Shown here: positions 26,299 through 37,516 of the stretch, in pieces
Numbering within the stretch: the stretch's first letter is position 1
How the letters are laid out: every line of letters begins with the position of its first letter
From: an uncultured Planctomycetaceae bacterium
Lineage (GTDB): Bacteria; Planctomycetota; Planctomycetia; Isosphaerales; Isosphaeraceae
Reading direction: 5' to 3'
NCBI GenBank assembly: GCA_963833985.1
Contig: CAWIAD010000002.1
Location: forward strand, 2,752,001 to 2,816,000
DNA: 64,000 nt
Position numbers and translations under genes: made by a program
Notes under the pieces: model-generated
Seen by the model: the letters and a program-made list of their open reading frames with translations, nothing else
Databases searched by the model: none
Told to the model about the DNA's origin: nothing

Positions 26299-28243
26299 CT
26301 ACCGCGCCGCGGCCGCCTCTCCGCGGGCGATGGCGGAGGGTGAATCGGAGGCTGGCTTCCTGGTGATCACCAGGCAGTCGGCCATCTCGCCGGAATCCGT
26401 CCAGGCGCGGTACGTCAGGCGGTCTTCCACGTCGTCGATCTCGATCGTCTGATAAGTCGGAGTGGACGTCAGGCCGACCTCCATGTAGTCGCGCGGGGGC
26501 TGGTCGCAGAACTTGTCACCGGCCACCGAGACGACGTAGACCGTTCCCTCGTGCGGGGTCGAGCCGGGCACGTGCGCCGCGCATCGGATAGGTGCGCATG
26601 TACGCGTGGTCGTGGCCCTGAAAAACCATGTCCACGCGGTGCTTGTCGAAGATCGGCACCCAGTAGCGCCGCATCGCCGGCTCGTCGCGCGTGGGGTGCG
26701 AGGGATACGTCGGGTGGTGGAACATCACGAACTTCCAGCGCGCGGACGTTCGCGATAGCGCATCGTCCAGCCACAGGGCCTGGACCTGGGCGGCCCGACG
26801 ATCGGACACCGCCAGCGTGCTGTCGAGTACCGCGAAGAAGGCCGTGCCGGTCTCGAAGTGGTAGACCAGCCCGGTGTCGATGCCGGCAGGGCCGTTGGTC
26901 GGCAGGGCGAGGTACGATTGGTAGAGCCAGGGGCCGCGGTCGAGGTATTCGTGGTTCCCCACGCAGGGCATGAGCGGGATGCGCTCGAAGATAGGCTCGG
27001 CGCGGAGGAAGAAGTGGTCCCAGTTGGTCCGCTCGTTGCCGCGGTCGACCAGGTCGCCGGCCATGAGGATGAACTCGATGCCCGGGTGCCGCCGGTAGGC
27101 GCTGAAGAGCCGTTTGCCCCAGTCTTGCAGCCCGGTCTGGGCATCGCCCATGTAGAGGAACTCGAGCCGTCCCGGTCTGCTCTTGCCGGTCTTGGCGGTG
27201 CGCCACGGTCCCCAGCCCGGCTTCGAGCCGTCGGCCAGCGAGTAAAGGTAGACCGTGTCGGCCGCCAGCTCGCCGGCGCGCACGACGTGGCGGCGGATGA
27301 CCGGATCGTTGAGCAGGTTCTGTGAGTGGACGAGGCTGGACGTCCCCTCGATCACGCGCACACCGGTGAGGTCGGGGTCCTGGCGGGCCTCGTTCTCGGC
27401 CGAGGAGAAGCGGGCCGGCACCATGCGGATGGCCGTCCGCCCCACGTCCGCCGCCGTGCGCCAGCTCCAGGTCAGCTCGTGGGCCGGATCGGCACCATAG
27501 CTGATGGTCACCTGGTCGGCGGCCTGCGCCGCCGGGACGTGCGTTTTCCAGACCCGGCCCGTGGCCAGCAGCGTGCCGTGGCGGGACTCGTGGCGGGGTT
27601 GCAGCAGGATCGAGCCGATCAGCTCCTCGGGGAGCGCCTCGAACGGCCGCATCGAGTCGCTCGCCGCGCTGCTGCCGGGCCGGGCAATGACCGGGCGCCA
27701 GGAGCCGCTCGGGAACTCGTCGTGACCCAGGTGGATGGCGGATTCGCTGAGCGCTGGCTGGCCCGGTGGCGTTCGCAGGAAGACCACGTAATGCGCTGGC
27801 GGGGTGCGGTCCAGGCCGTTCACCCCCAGGCCGATCCACCCCGCAGGGAAGCTCTTGCGAAAGAGCGTCCAGCGACCGTCTGGGTTGGCCAGCTTCGTCT
27901 CGACGGCCTTGAAGCTCTGGTCGGCGATCCAGAACGGCACCGATCTGGAGGGCGCGGCCACGTAGACAACGACCGGAACCTCGGTCTGGAACCTGAGGTA
28001 GCCTCGCCCCAGGGCATCGCGCTCGCTGTCCCACAGTGTGGCAAGCAGCTCCGGCCCGTGCGTGGCCAGTACCGTGAGCCGGGCCTCGGAGAGCGCTGCG
28101 CTGAGGCGGCGTCCGGCGTCCGCGAGCGTCTGGTCGACGGAAGGCAGAGATTCCACGGGGCTCTGCGGCTGGCAACCGGCAAGCAGTGCCAGCGCCAACA
28201 CCATGAGCCTGCGGCCCCGCATTCTCCGCATCATATCATCCAT
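26299..28243 (-). CDS. Lipoprotein metallophosphoesterase (purple acid phosphatase-like), frameshift near 26570
   Basis: Lipobox LAGC; YMGDAQ, AGDLVD, VGNHE, FHHP, QGHDHAYMRT; tail GTVYVVSVAGDK in another frame. Confidence 0.85.
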
Positions 28244-28334
28244 GACGCCGGCCCCGACATCCTTCCCTGGCGCAGGCGCAGTCACGAGCGTAGATAACGC
28301 ATCCGCGACTAAATTGTAATGGCGTTTTGGAAGA

Positions 28335-29552
28335 TTGGCCGTGGGCGCCGTGGGCCGTGGGGCACCCGTCGGCCATCTGTGGTCCGAGGGGGCCGTAGCC
28401 GCTCCGGGTGGAAGGGAGGCCGGCGTGTCGCGATCCGCGGTGGAGTGGACTCTCGGCTTGCTTGCGGCCGGGACCGCCATGTTCCTGGCCCGGATGTTCC
28501 CGGGCCTGCGCGGCCTGGAGCCCTGGCTCGCCGCGCTCGCAGGGGGAGTGGTGTTCCTCATCGCCTGCCTCATCCGCGGCCCGGGCCGGAGACCCGATCG
28601 GCAGCCCGCTCGATGCCATCCGCCCGCCAGCGCGCTGGCCCCTGGCTCCTCGCCCGCGCTCTCGATCGTCTCGCTTCAGGGCGTGCGGAAGGCGGCCAAC
28701 TTCCGTGATCCGCGGTTCTTCCGCTACGATGCCGGGGCGGAGGCTGCGCCGGACCCGGCTCATCCTCCAGCCGCTTATACCGGCCGGCCGGGCGCACAGC
28801 CGCCGGCATTGCTTGGCAACTGGGCCCTGGTGTCGGTCTTCGCGGGATGCGATGGACGGTCATGGTCCGAATCCGAGATCGCCGGCCGCCTGGACGGCTT
28901 GATCCAGGCTGCGCAGTGGCTTGCCGGCGAGGCGGCCCGCTACGGCGCAGCGGTGCGGCTGGGCGTGTGTGATACGTATCTGGCCATCGACGACGACTCC
29001 GTTGAACCGGTCGAGATTGGATTTGCCCCCCAGGGGAATGAGATCGCGCCTTTCGAGGGGGATCAGGAGGCACGCGCGTTGGTGCTGATCAGCCGCGGCG
29101 CGCGGCAGATGGGCTTTCGCGATGCGGCTGAGCTGGTGGCGCAGGTCGAATCGCGGCTGTCTGGCTGGAGGAGCGTCTGGCTGCTCCATGTCCGCCGGGC
29201 CGGTGGCTCACTGGCCATTCCCGCGGACCTGGCTGACCTCCCCGGCGTGAGCCTCGCGGTCTGCTACGCTCGGGAAGCCAGCTTCACCGAGCCGGTGGTG
29301 CGCGTACCTGCCGCGGATCCGGTCACCTTCGTGCACGAGGTGCTTCATCTCTTCGGCGCGACCGACAAGTACGGGAGCAAGCTCGATGCCTTCGCGCCGG
29401 GCAGCGTGACGGCTTCAGAGATCATGCGGCTGGATCGGGACCGCCTCGATCAGCTTCGTATCGATGCGCTCACCGCCGAGGAGATTGGCTGGTGCGCCCG
29501 GCCAGGCAATGCGGAACGCGACCGAACCGTAGGGGACGGACCGCCGGGCTGA
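28335..29552 (+). CDS. Membrane-anchored putative zinc metallopeptidase (start uncertain)
   Basis: Two N-terminal TM helices; HEVLHLFGATDKY (HExxHxxGxxD) followed by SEIM Met-turn-like motif. Confidence 0.65.
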   Translation: MAVGAVGRGAPVGHLWSEGAVAAPGGREAGVSRSAVEWTLGLLAAGTAMFLARMFPGLRGLEPWLAALAGGVVFLIACLIRGPGRRPDRQPARCHPPASALAPGSSPALSIVSLQGVRKAANFRDPRFFRYDAGAEAAPDPAHPPAAYTGRPGAQPPALLGNWALVSVFAGCDGRSWSESEIAGRLDGLIQAAQWLAGEAARYGAAVRLGVCDTYLAIDDDSVEPVEIGFAPQGNEIAPFEGDQEARALVLISRGARQMGFRDAAELVAQVESRLSGWRSVWLLHVRRAGGSLAIPADLADLPGVSLAVCYAREASFTEPVVRVPAADPVTFVHEVLHLFGATDKYGSKLDAFAPGSVTASEIMRLDRDRLDQLRIDALTAEEIGWCARPGNAERDRTVGDGPPG

Positions 29553-29649
29553 GAGGCGGCCCGCCGAGCCCAAAAAACAACCGTGACCCATCATCGCAGG
29601 CGCGACGAGGATCACGGTTCGTTCGATACCGGGAGGATCGAGGAACAGT

Positions 29650-29892
29650 TCAGTTCGATTCCGGAGAGCTGGCTGCCTTGCCAAGCTGATTCACCAGGTT
29701 GGCGGCATCCGTCGCGCGCCGGAAATCCGAGTACTTCGCCATGGGCGCTGAACAGCTTTCGTCCCTGTAAACGCCGACGACCGTGTATAGACCATTCATC
29801 TCGCCCGTCTCGGCCCTGAGGAACAAACCCGACCGGATCAGCGATGCCAGGTTATGCTGCCACAGTTGGGTTTCGGCCAGTTTCGCAGTCAT
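29650..29892 (-). CDS. Small hypothetical protein
   Basis: MTAKLAETQLWQHNLASLIRSGLF..., protein-like composition. Confidence 0.6.
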   Translation of the reverse strand: MTAKLAETQLWQHNLASLIRSGLFLRAETGEMNGLYTVVGVYRDESCSAPMAKYSDFRRATDAANLVNQLGKAASSPESN

Positions 29893-30669
29893 GGCGAGCC
29901 TCACTTTTCATCTCGGGAAAGTTCGACCTCGATCTGTGGGACATTGAAGAGGGAGAGCCAGACTGGAATCGAGTTCTCTCTCACGGGTAACCAGTAATGG
30001 ATTCGTTGCCCCGGCTGAAAGCTTCTCACCGGCACAGTATTCCCGATTTCCTCTTACTCGTGTAGACGATCTTCGAGCCACGTCGGTTCGCTTGATCCGT
30101 CATGACTGAAGATGTTGCCTCCTATAATCAAACTGTAGCCCAAAAGCGGCCTTCAGAAAGGGGGAAATCGAGAATTACGCGGGTGACGGTCGGGACATTC
30201 CAACAATGAGCAAACGCAAGGCCGATTCTCGAGAAAGCGCCACGGCACCCGCCGGGCGCCGGCTGGGACCGCTGGTTCAATGCCTTGCAGCGCCGCCTCC
30301 GTGGTGCTTGCCTGGGTCGTCAACCGTTCTCGCCGCAGTTCCGCGCGGCGGATTCAACTCGAACGTCCTTCGCGAGTTAAGAAAAAACATTGGACTGGCC
30401 GGCATGCCCTGCGCCCGCCCGCTGCCGTGACTTTCGACGTCATCGCAGCGGTTTCGACCACACGTGGTTTGACCATATTCCATGGATAAGCGATCTCGGC
30501 CTGCATTTCAAGGCAGCAGATCCCCTACGTCAACTTTGCAACAACGGCAAGCAAACGCTGCACAGGTTCTAGACGACGGAGACAGCCGCGCGAGCAGGGT
30601 CGACGCGAGGGTCCGCGTATGGATCGTCGTCGGGGCGAGCCGTGGCACGATCACTCCATTCAGGCCCGT

Positions 30670-31674
30670 TCAGTCGCTCTCTGGCCGAGCCCGGTCCGCC
30701 AGCGCCAGGGCCCCGTGCACGACCACCTGCTCGCCGAGCGCGGCCGGGACGATGTCGAACGTGCCGCGGAAGGGCGGGAACACGCTGGCATCGACCAGCG
30801 CCCGGATGGGCCCGAACCAGTGCGCCTCGCCGATCAGCGAGACTCCCCCTCCCAGGATGATCCGCCGGGGTGAGCAGAGCGCGATCGCCTGGCGAAGCGC
30901 GAACGCCAGGCTCCGCCGGGCGGCGTCCAGGATCGCCGCGGCGCGCTCATCGCCGGCGAACGCGGCCTCGGCGACCATCTCGGTGGTGATGGCTCCCGGA
31001 TCGGCACCCGCGGCCTCGAGGACAACCCAGTGCCCTTTTGACTCGGTCCCGGGGGCGATTGCCTGCCGGCGTGCTTGCCGCGCGATGCCCCAGCCGGAGG
31101 CCGCGTCCTCCAGGGGCACGATCTGGACATCAGCCCCCGCACCAAGGGGAACTTCCGTGTGGCCGATCTCCACGGCCCCCACGCCGCAGCCGCGGTAGAT
31201 TTGCTGCTCAATGATGAGAGCGCCGCCGATGCCGCTGCCGATCGTCAGGTAAAGCAGTGGCGAGCAACCCGCTCCCGCACCGAAGATCGCCTCGGCCAGG
31301 CCAGCCGTATCGGCGTCATTCTCGACCACGGCCCTGGCAATCCCGGTGCTTTGCCGCAGCCGCTCAGCCAGAGGGAAGTCCGACCATCCCTCGACCTGGT
31401 AGGACGTTCGCACGCTTCCAGCGGATGAGTCCACGGGCCCGCCAAAGCCGACGCCCAGCGCCCGCAGGTCTTCGGCTCTCAGCCCGGTGCGCGCCAGCAA
31501 GACGCCAAGTGCCTCGTCGATCTGGTCGAGGATGCCGCCGGCACCGCGGGCGGGATCGACCTTGCGGCGCTCCAGCACGCGGATTGAACCGTCGCCCCGG
31601 CCGATACCAAGCTGGAGCTTCGTGCCGCCGATCTCGATCCCGAGCAGCCAGCCCTGGTCCCGCGTCGCGTTCAT
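30670..31674 (-). CDS. ROK family sugar kinase
   Basis: GIEIGGTK, GVGFGGPVD, ENDADTAGLAE, LTIGSGIGG, EIGH, ILGGG. Confidence 0.92.
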   Translation of the reverse strand: MNATRDQGWLLGIEIGGTKLQLGIGRGDGSIRVLERRKVDPARGAGGILDQIDEALGVLLARTGLRAEDLRALGVGFGGPVDSSAGSVRTSYQVEGWSDFPLAERLRQSTGIARAVVENDADTAGLAEAIFGAGAGCSPLLYLTIGSGIGGALIIEQQIYRGCGVGAVEIGHTEVPLGAGADVQIVPLEDAASGWGIARQARRQAIAPGTESKGHWVVLEAAGADPGAITTEMVAEAAFAGDERAAAILDAARRSLAFALRQAIALCSPRRIILGGGVSLIGEAHWFGPIRALVDASVFPPFRGTFDIVPAALGEQVVVHGALALADRARPESD

Positions 31675-31693
31675 CGGCCCGCTTCAGCCTGAC

Positions 31694-32305
31694 TCAGTGC
31701 GCGCCGGCTCCGTTGAGCGCGGCGACTTTCTGGGAGAACCGCCGGTGCAGGTCGTCGATCAGCCAGTGGAAGACCACCTGGTGCAGCGACTCGGTGACTC
31801 CCATGTCGTCGATGCCCACGTGCAGGTTGTGATGGGCCAGGGTCTTCAGTTTCCCGCCCGAGAACCCCGTGAAACCGACGGTGACCAGCCCGGTACGGTT
31901 CGCCCACTCGACGGCCCGCAGGATGTTGGGGCTGTTGCCGCTTCCGGAGATGGCCAGCAGCAAGTCACCCGGCGAGGCCAGGTTCTTGAGCTGCTCAAGG
32001 AAGACGCGCTCGTAGCCCTCATCATTGGCCCAGGCCATGATGCCGGCCGTGTTATCGGTGAGGCTGAGCACCTTGAGCCGCTTCTGGTTCTCGAAGTCGC
32101 AGAGGGTGCACTTGGCGAGGTCCTCGCAGAGGTGCGACGCGTTGGCCCCGGAGCCGCCATTGCCGATGATGAAGACGAAGCGACCGGAATCGTAGGCCTG
32201 CTCGATCAGGTCGCTCACGTTCTCGACCTGGGCAGTGTCGAGCCGCTGGATCTCCTGGCAGACGCGTGCAAGGTAGTCGTCCGCCGACATCGTCGCTCCG
32301 ATCAT
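31694..32305 (-). CDS. SIS-domain phosphoheptose isomerase-like protein (GmhA family)
   Basis: IGNGGSGANASH, ANDEGY..F..Q, AISGSGNSPNI, GFTGFSGG, ESLH. Confidence 0.88.
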   Translation of the reverse strand: MIGATMSADDYLARVCQEIQRLDTAQVENVSDLIEQAYDSGRFVFIIGNGGSGANASHLCEDLAKCTLCDFENQKRLKVLSLTDNTAGIMAWANDEGYERVFLEQLKNLASPGDLLLAISGSGNSPNILRAVEWANRTGLVTVGFTGFSGGKLKTLAHHNLHVGIDDMGVTESLHQVVFHWLIDDLHRRFSQKVAALNGAGAH

Positions 32306-32404
32306 TCTGATTCTCCGGGTGCTCCATGGCCATGGGACCATGGATGAAATGCCATGACGCTACAGCGAGATCATAATCTTCGCTGCCGGGTGGCGTAAAG
32401 CGAA

Positions 32405-33322
32405 TCAGCCCGGCAGCGCGGGGGCGGGGTGGTAAATCTCAACATTGGCGTGAACGCGGAGCCACACCTGGACGCCGATGCTCTTCAGCTCCTCACTCGT
32501 GAGCGGTTCGGCCGCGGCCATGGCGGGCGTCCGGGCCACCGTGTAAATCTGCACCCGGGCGATGCGGCCTCCCGAAACGAGAATTCTTTTCAGCTTCTGG
32601 CAGTAGGCATCGACCTCCATACCCGATGGCCCGAGGCCCTGCCAGCGCAGGAACAGGCTCTGGATCACCACCGGCCGGACCCACGCGGCTGCCTTGATGT
32701 TGGCCTGAACGCTGAGAAAGGGGACGCTGGTCCGGTGGATCGCGCGGTAATAGCCCTCTGTCCCGGCGTCGAGCTTGGCCCAGATCTCTCCGCCACTGGC
32801 GTCGAGCGTCCGCAACGCCCTCTCCACTCCGGGCCGGTGCAGCAAGGTGGCATTGGTGATGAGCACGAGCTTGACTTCGTCCAGGTGCCGGGCGCGCCGC
32901 AAGTCCGCCACGCGCGTCACGATGCGCTCGAAACCGGGGTAGGCCGTCGGCTCGCCGTCGCCGGAGAACGCAATGTCGTTCAGTCGCCGTAGCGACGTGG
33001 GCACGCCCGCGAAGCGCTCGATGCCGAAGATCCGCCCCGAACGCACCAGCTCGACGGTGGTTTCCAGCTCCTGCATCAGCCGGTCTTCGTCCACCTCCGT
33101 CGCAATCGCCGGCCTTTGCCTGTCCACCTGGCAGTAGACGCAATCGAAGTTGCAGCTCTTGTCCGGGTTGAGGTTGATGCCGATGGAGATCCCCCAGCTG
33201 CGCCGTGAGAGCACCGGGTAGACGTACAGGTTCTCCTCGAATTGCCGCGCATGGTCGGCATACAGGCCGCCCGGCATTTCGGCGGCAGGCTCGGAAACGG
33301 ACTCTGAAGATGGTTTGCGCAT
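32405..33322 (-). CDS. Radical SAM protein
   Basis: YPVLSRRS, CNFDCVYC (CxxxCxxC), AFSGDGEPT, LITNA, WAKLDAGT. Confidence 0.9.
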   Translation of the reverse strand: MRKPSSESVSEPAAEMPGGLYADHARQFEENLYVYPVLSRRSWGISIGINLNPDKSCNFDCVYCQVDRQRPAIATEVDEDRLMQELETTVELVRSGRIFGIERFAGVPTSLRRLNDIAFSGDGEPTAYPGFERIVTRVADLRRARHLDEVKLVLITNATLLHRPGVERALRTLDASGGEIWAKLDAGTEGYYRAIHRTSVPFLSVQANIKAAAWVRPVVIQSLFLRWQGLGPSGMEVDAYCQKLKRILVSGGRIARVQIYTVARTPAMAAAEPLTSEELKSIGVQVWLRVHANVEIYHPAPALPG

Positions 33323-33468
33323 GCTCGAGAACCGCGGTCTGGTTCGGGAAGCTCCGGCACTCTTTTCCTGACCAGTCTACCGCAGACCGGCCAGGGTGGC
33401 CCACGGCGCAGACCCTCGGTTCAGGAATTCTCTGGAGAAGAGGCTGCACGCTGAGCCTTGCAGCGTGG

Positions 33469-35919
33469 TCATTCCACCTCCCACTCGCTGATGCCGCCAG
33501 ACCAGCCGGGCCGGAGCTGCACTTTCAGGCGCAGAGCGGAAGTGGTGACGGGCGGGAAGGAGGTCTCGTTGAACTGGTCGGCACGCACGCCGTAGCCGGA
33601 GACGTTCTGGAGCGGAGTCCACGCGGCACCGTCCCGGTAGAGCAGACGCCACGATACGGGCAAGTCGCAGCCGCCCCGGGCCGGGCGGTCGGCGAACCAG
33701 TAGACGCGTGATCTGGAGAGCGTCGTGGGTGCCGGGAAGTCGTACTGCACCCACTCCGCCGTCCCCTTGCGATCCCACCAGCTCATCCGGGGCTTGCCCG
33801 TATCGCTGGAGCGCGCCGGGACAATGCCATCCTGGAGCGCGGCGAGTGAGTCTCCCGCGTAGCAATGGGAAGCGGAAACGGTGGCCAGTTGCGCCAGGGT
33901 GGTCTGTTCCGCATCCGCTTCGTTCTCGGGAACCCAGACACGCAGCTCGGAAGGGCCGCGGTTCAGGTAGGCGAAGTAGGGAATCGCATCGAGTGCCACA
34001 GGCCGCGCGGAGGGTTGACCTTTCTGGCGTGTCATCAAGCCGCTTTTGACCACGACGACTCCGCCCAGCCGATCGGCACGGTACGCCGATGAGAGCGGCG
34101 CATCGGGCGGCAAGAACAGGCTGCCGGCCGCATACCGGGCAGCGACCGGCTCGAAGGCGTACACCACCGGGCCGCGCTTCAGCGCAACGAGCCCCTTATC
34201 GGCCGGGACCCCTGGAGCCCGCACCCGGCGGACCGGCATCTCCATGATCACGTCCACAAGGTCTCCCGGCTTCCAGGTCCTGTGGATCCGGGCGTAGCCC
34301 TTGCGGACGACCGGCTGGAACTCCGTTCCATTCACCCTGAGCCGGAACGCCCCCTGCTCGGGCAGGCCTTCCACCTGGTAGAGAGCGTCGGCAGACGCTT
34401 TCCCCTGGCACCAGCCAGGCACGCGCACACACAGGTCGAAGGCTCTGTCGCCATCGGGCTCGACGGCGATCGACACCGAGCCGTCCCAGGGATATCGAGT
34501 CTTCTGCCGCAGCACGACGTTCCGGCCGCCAGCAGCCACCCTCGCCTGGCAGCCGATAAACAGGTTCACGTACACGGCGCCGGCGTCCTGAGCATAGATG
34601 TAACCCGGCAGCGCGCCGATGAGCTTCAAGAACATGGGCGGGCAGCAGGGGCAGTCGTGCCAGCTCCAGCGCGCCTGTCCGCGCCCGAAGGCGAGCGGGT
34701 TCACGTAGGAATAGGTGTTGCCCGCCTGCGACGTGTGCCCGAGCGCTCCGTTGTAGAGCACCGTTTCCAGCTCATCCACGAACCGGGCGTCCCCGAAGAC
34801 GCGGTTCATGTTCTGGCTGAAGAAGCCGCCGCCGATCGCCGCGCAGGTCTCCAGGTAGCCCGTGTTGGGTAAGTCGTAGTCCGGACCGAACGCCTCGCCC
34901 TCGCTGGTCGCCCCCACGCCGCCGGTGATGTACAGCTTGCGCCCGGCCATGTTCTCCCAGAGCCGGAGCGCCGCTTGCTGGTACTCAGGGCGGCCGTTCG
35001 CCGCCGCCAGCGCCGCGACGCCGGTGGCCATGAGCGTGGCGCGGACGGCGTGCCCCTCGATGGTGCGCTGGTCGAAGACGGGCTGGTGGTCCTGGTCGTA
35101 GGCCCCGAAGTCCTTGCGTCCTGCGTGATGCCCGCGCGCCTCGATGAAGAACTCGGCGAGCCGGAGATAACGCACCTCGTCGACGGGGAAACGCAGCCGG
35201 GCCTTGAGCGCGGGCTGCTCGCGAAACAGCTCATACATCCGCACCAGCGCTTCCTCCGCCAGCGCATGTCCCGGGACGACGTTCTGTCGGGGAGGCGGGC
35301 CGATGGTCTCGCACATGAGGTTCGCCATCCGGACCGCGGCCGCCAGCAGGTCGGTCTTGCCGGTGGCGCGGTAGAAGTGCACTCCGGCCTCGATCAGGCA
35401 GCCGGCGTTGTACACGTCGTGCTGCTGGACGTCGTTGCCGCCGTTCAGCCCCCACCGCTTCCCCGGCGCCACGAGCTGCGTCCAGGTATTGAGGTAGCCG
35501 TCCGGCTCCCTGGCCTGGGCCGCGACGATGCGTGCGATGTAGCCGTCCAGCCGTTTTTCGAGCGCAGGGTCGGGCCGCTGGGCCAGGAAGTCGGCCGCGC
35601 CGCGGATCATCTCGTAGATCAGCCCATCGTACCACTCCGGCCCGGCATGCCCCCCGCGCTTGCCGTCGCGCACCCGGTCAAAGTTGTGGATCGCCCCACC
35701 TCGGTCGTTCTCGAACTTGGTGAAGCAGTCGTTGATCGTGACCGTGCGCCAGACTTCCAGCCGGGGCGACCAGAAGGCGTCGTCGATGACCACCCGCGAG
35801 ATGGGAACCGGAGCCAGGGGGTGCGGGTCCGGCCGCGGCTCACTGGCATGGGCGAGAGTCGCCAGGCAAGCGACCAGAAGCAGTGGACCGGGTCTCGAGA
35901 CAAGTCTGAGCGTCTTCAT
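33469..35919 (-). CDS. Glycoside hydrolase family 127 (beta-L-arabinofuranosidase-like) with C-terminal discoidin-like domain
   Basis: Signal peptide; DGYLNT, EGHAVRA, GEAFG..YDLPN..YLETCA, WHDCPCCPP, TRYPWDG, RGPVVY. Confidence 0.9.
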   Translation of the reverse strand: MKTLRLVSRPGPLLLVACLATLAHASEPRPDPHPLAPVPISRVVIDDAFWSPRLEVWRTVTINDCFTKFENDRGGAIHNFDRVRDGKRGGHAGPEWYDGLIYEMIRGAADFLAQRPDPALEKRLDGYIARIVAAQAREPDGYLNTWTQLVAPGKRWGLNGGNDVQQHDVYNAGCLIEAGVHFYRATGKTDLLAAAVRMANLMCETIGPPPRQNVVPGHALAEEALVRMYELFREQPALKARLRFPVDEVRYLRLAEFFIEARGHHAGRKDFGAYDQDHQPVFDQRTIEGHAVRATLMATGVAALAAANGRPEYQQAALRLWENMAGRKLYITGGVGATSEGEAFGPDYDLPNTGYLETCAAIGGGFFSQNMNRVFGDARFVDELETVLYNGALGHTSQAGNTYSYVNPLAFGRGQARWSWHDCPCCPPMFLKLIGALPGYIYAQDAGAVYVNLFIGCQARVAAGGRNVVLRQKTRYPWDGSVSIAVEPDGDRAFDLCVRVPGWCQGKASADALYQVEGLPEQGAFRLRVNGTEFQPVVRKGYARIHRTWKPGDLVDVIMEMPVRRVRAPGVPADKGLVALKRGPVVYAFEPVAARYAAGSLFLPPDAPLSSAYRADRLGGVVVVKSGLMTRQKGQPSARPVALDAIPYFAYLNRGPSELRVWVPENEADAEQTTLAQLATVSASHCYAGDSLAALQDGIVPARSSDTGKPRMSWWDRKGTAEWVQYDFPAPTTLSRSRVYWFADRPARGGCDLPVSWRLLYRDGAAWTPLQNVSGYGVRADQFNETSFPPVTTSALRLKVQLRPGWSGGISEWEVE

Positions 35920-36140
35920 GGCGGCTCTTGAGGTCTTGCGGTCTTGCGGTACGAAGGCGGGGAGGAACGAAGGCACGGAGCGCGAGGTCGAAAGGCCGGC
36001 GACATCGCGCCTCGATCCATTCTGGCGCGCCGGCTGGCGGTTTTCCATTCACAGCGAGCGGTCTTCCTTCATTGTGCTCACATCGACGCCCTGGCTCCTC
36101 ATGGCCGGCCGCATCCCAGAAAGGCAATCGCTAAACAGAG

Positions 36141-36208
36141 AGGACAAGCAATGTAGCCCTTTTTTCGAGGGCAGGCTGCATTGCCTGTCCTTTACCTTTT
36201 TTACCTTT
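36141..36208. repeat. 51-bp hairpin mini-element (two inverted copies of the CAWTGCNTGTCCT motif) plus junction stutter
   Basis: AGGACAAGCAATGTAGCC (36141-36158) vs GGCTGCATTGCCTGTCCT (36174-36191): 16/18 complementary; TTTACCTTT x2 at 36191-36208. Confidence 0.75.
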
Positions 36209-36370
36209 TCTAGAGGCAGCATGCTGGAACCGCCAAATGAGCACGGGTCAGCAAGTCTTCCCGCCCCCAACTGAGGAAGCTATTTCGTGATATGCCATCT
36301 CAGTTCAGGATGAGATAATAGCCCCGCTACGTTGGCATGATTGAGACCGATCGTTGTCAAGGACCGAGCA

Positions 36371-37516
36371 ATGGATGAGACGAAGAGCCTGTCTGAAAAT
36401 GAAGGCACGAAACCGCCCACTGAGGGGTCGAATGACTTTTCAGAAGGCGATGTCAAGAAGATCGGGCGTTACACGATCCTCGGGATCTTGGGCAAGGGCG
36501 GGTTCGGAAGGGTCTATTTTGCCCACGACGATGACCTCAACAGGGCGGTTGCGATCAAAGTTCCCCGCCCAGATCGAGTCTCGCAGCCCAAGGATATCGA
36601 CGCATACCTCAACGAAGCCCGCATCCTCGCCAGCCTCGACCACCCCCATATCGTGCCTGTTTATGACGTGGGACGTAACGACGATGGGCTATGTTTCGTT
36701 GTGTCCAAGCTCATCGAGGGAAGTGACCTTGCCAAGAGGATCAAGGAAAGCCGCCCCGGCTTTCACGAGTCTACGGCACTGGTGGCGACGGTCGCAGAAG
36801 CCCTGCATTACGCTCATACTCGTGGCTTGGTCCACCGGGATATCAAGCCCGCCAACATCCTGATTGATTCCTCGGGCAAGGCGTTCGTTGCCGATTTCGG
36901 ACTTGCCCTCAGAGACGAAGACTTCGGCAAGGGTGGAGGGATCGCCGGGACACCTGCCTACATGAGCCCGGAGCAGGCGTGCGGCGAGGGGCATCGTGTC
37001 GATGGTCGATCTGACATCTTCAGTTTGGGCGTTGTTTTCTACGAGTTGTTGACCGGGAGGCGGCCTTTCACAGCGAATGCTGAGGACAAGAGCGATGCTC
37101 TCGACGAACTCTTAGAACTCATCACCATGATCGAGCCTCGTCCACCCCGTCAGGTCGATGACACAATCCCGAAGGAACTCGAACGGATTTGCTTGAAAGC
37201 GATGACTAAGCGAGCGTCCGACCGGTACACAACCGGACGGGACATGGCTGAGGATCTTCGGGAGTTTCTCAAAACGGCAGGTGCTACGGTCACACTTCCT
37301 CTCCCTGCGGTTCCGGTCGCCATCTCACCGGCATCGACCCTCGAAGCCGCTCCACCCCCCACTACTTACAGGCAATCGGACTCCGACCAGCGACCGATCA
37401 ACATCGTCCCGAAGGGTCTGCGGTCGTTCGATGAGCATGATGCCGACTTTTTCCTGGAATTGCTTCCTGGTCCAAGGGACCGAGATGGTTTGCCCGACAG
37501 CATTCGATTCTGGAAG
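36371..37516 (+). pseudogene. Hanks-type Ser/Thr kinase gene truncated by the IS3 element
   Basis: [31 protein letters not shown]; next domain begins ([17 protein letters not shown]) and is cut at the IS left end after FWK. Confidence 0.85.

Noticed and set aside
29905..30669. Long lower-GC intergenic region with TATAAT near 30123
   Set aside because: No convincing -35 pairing, ORF or RNA structure that I can support
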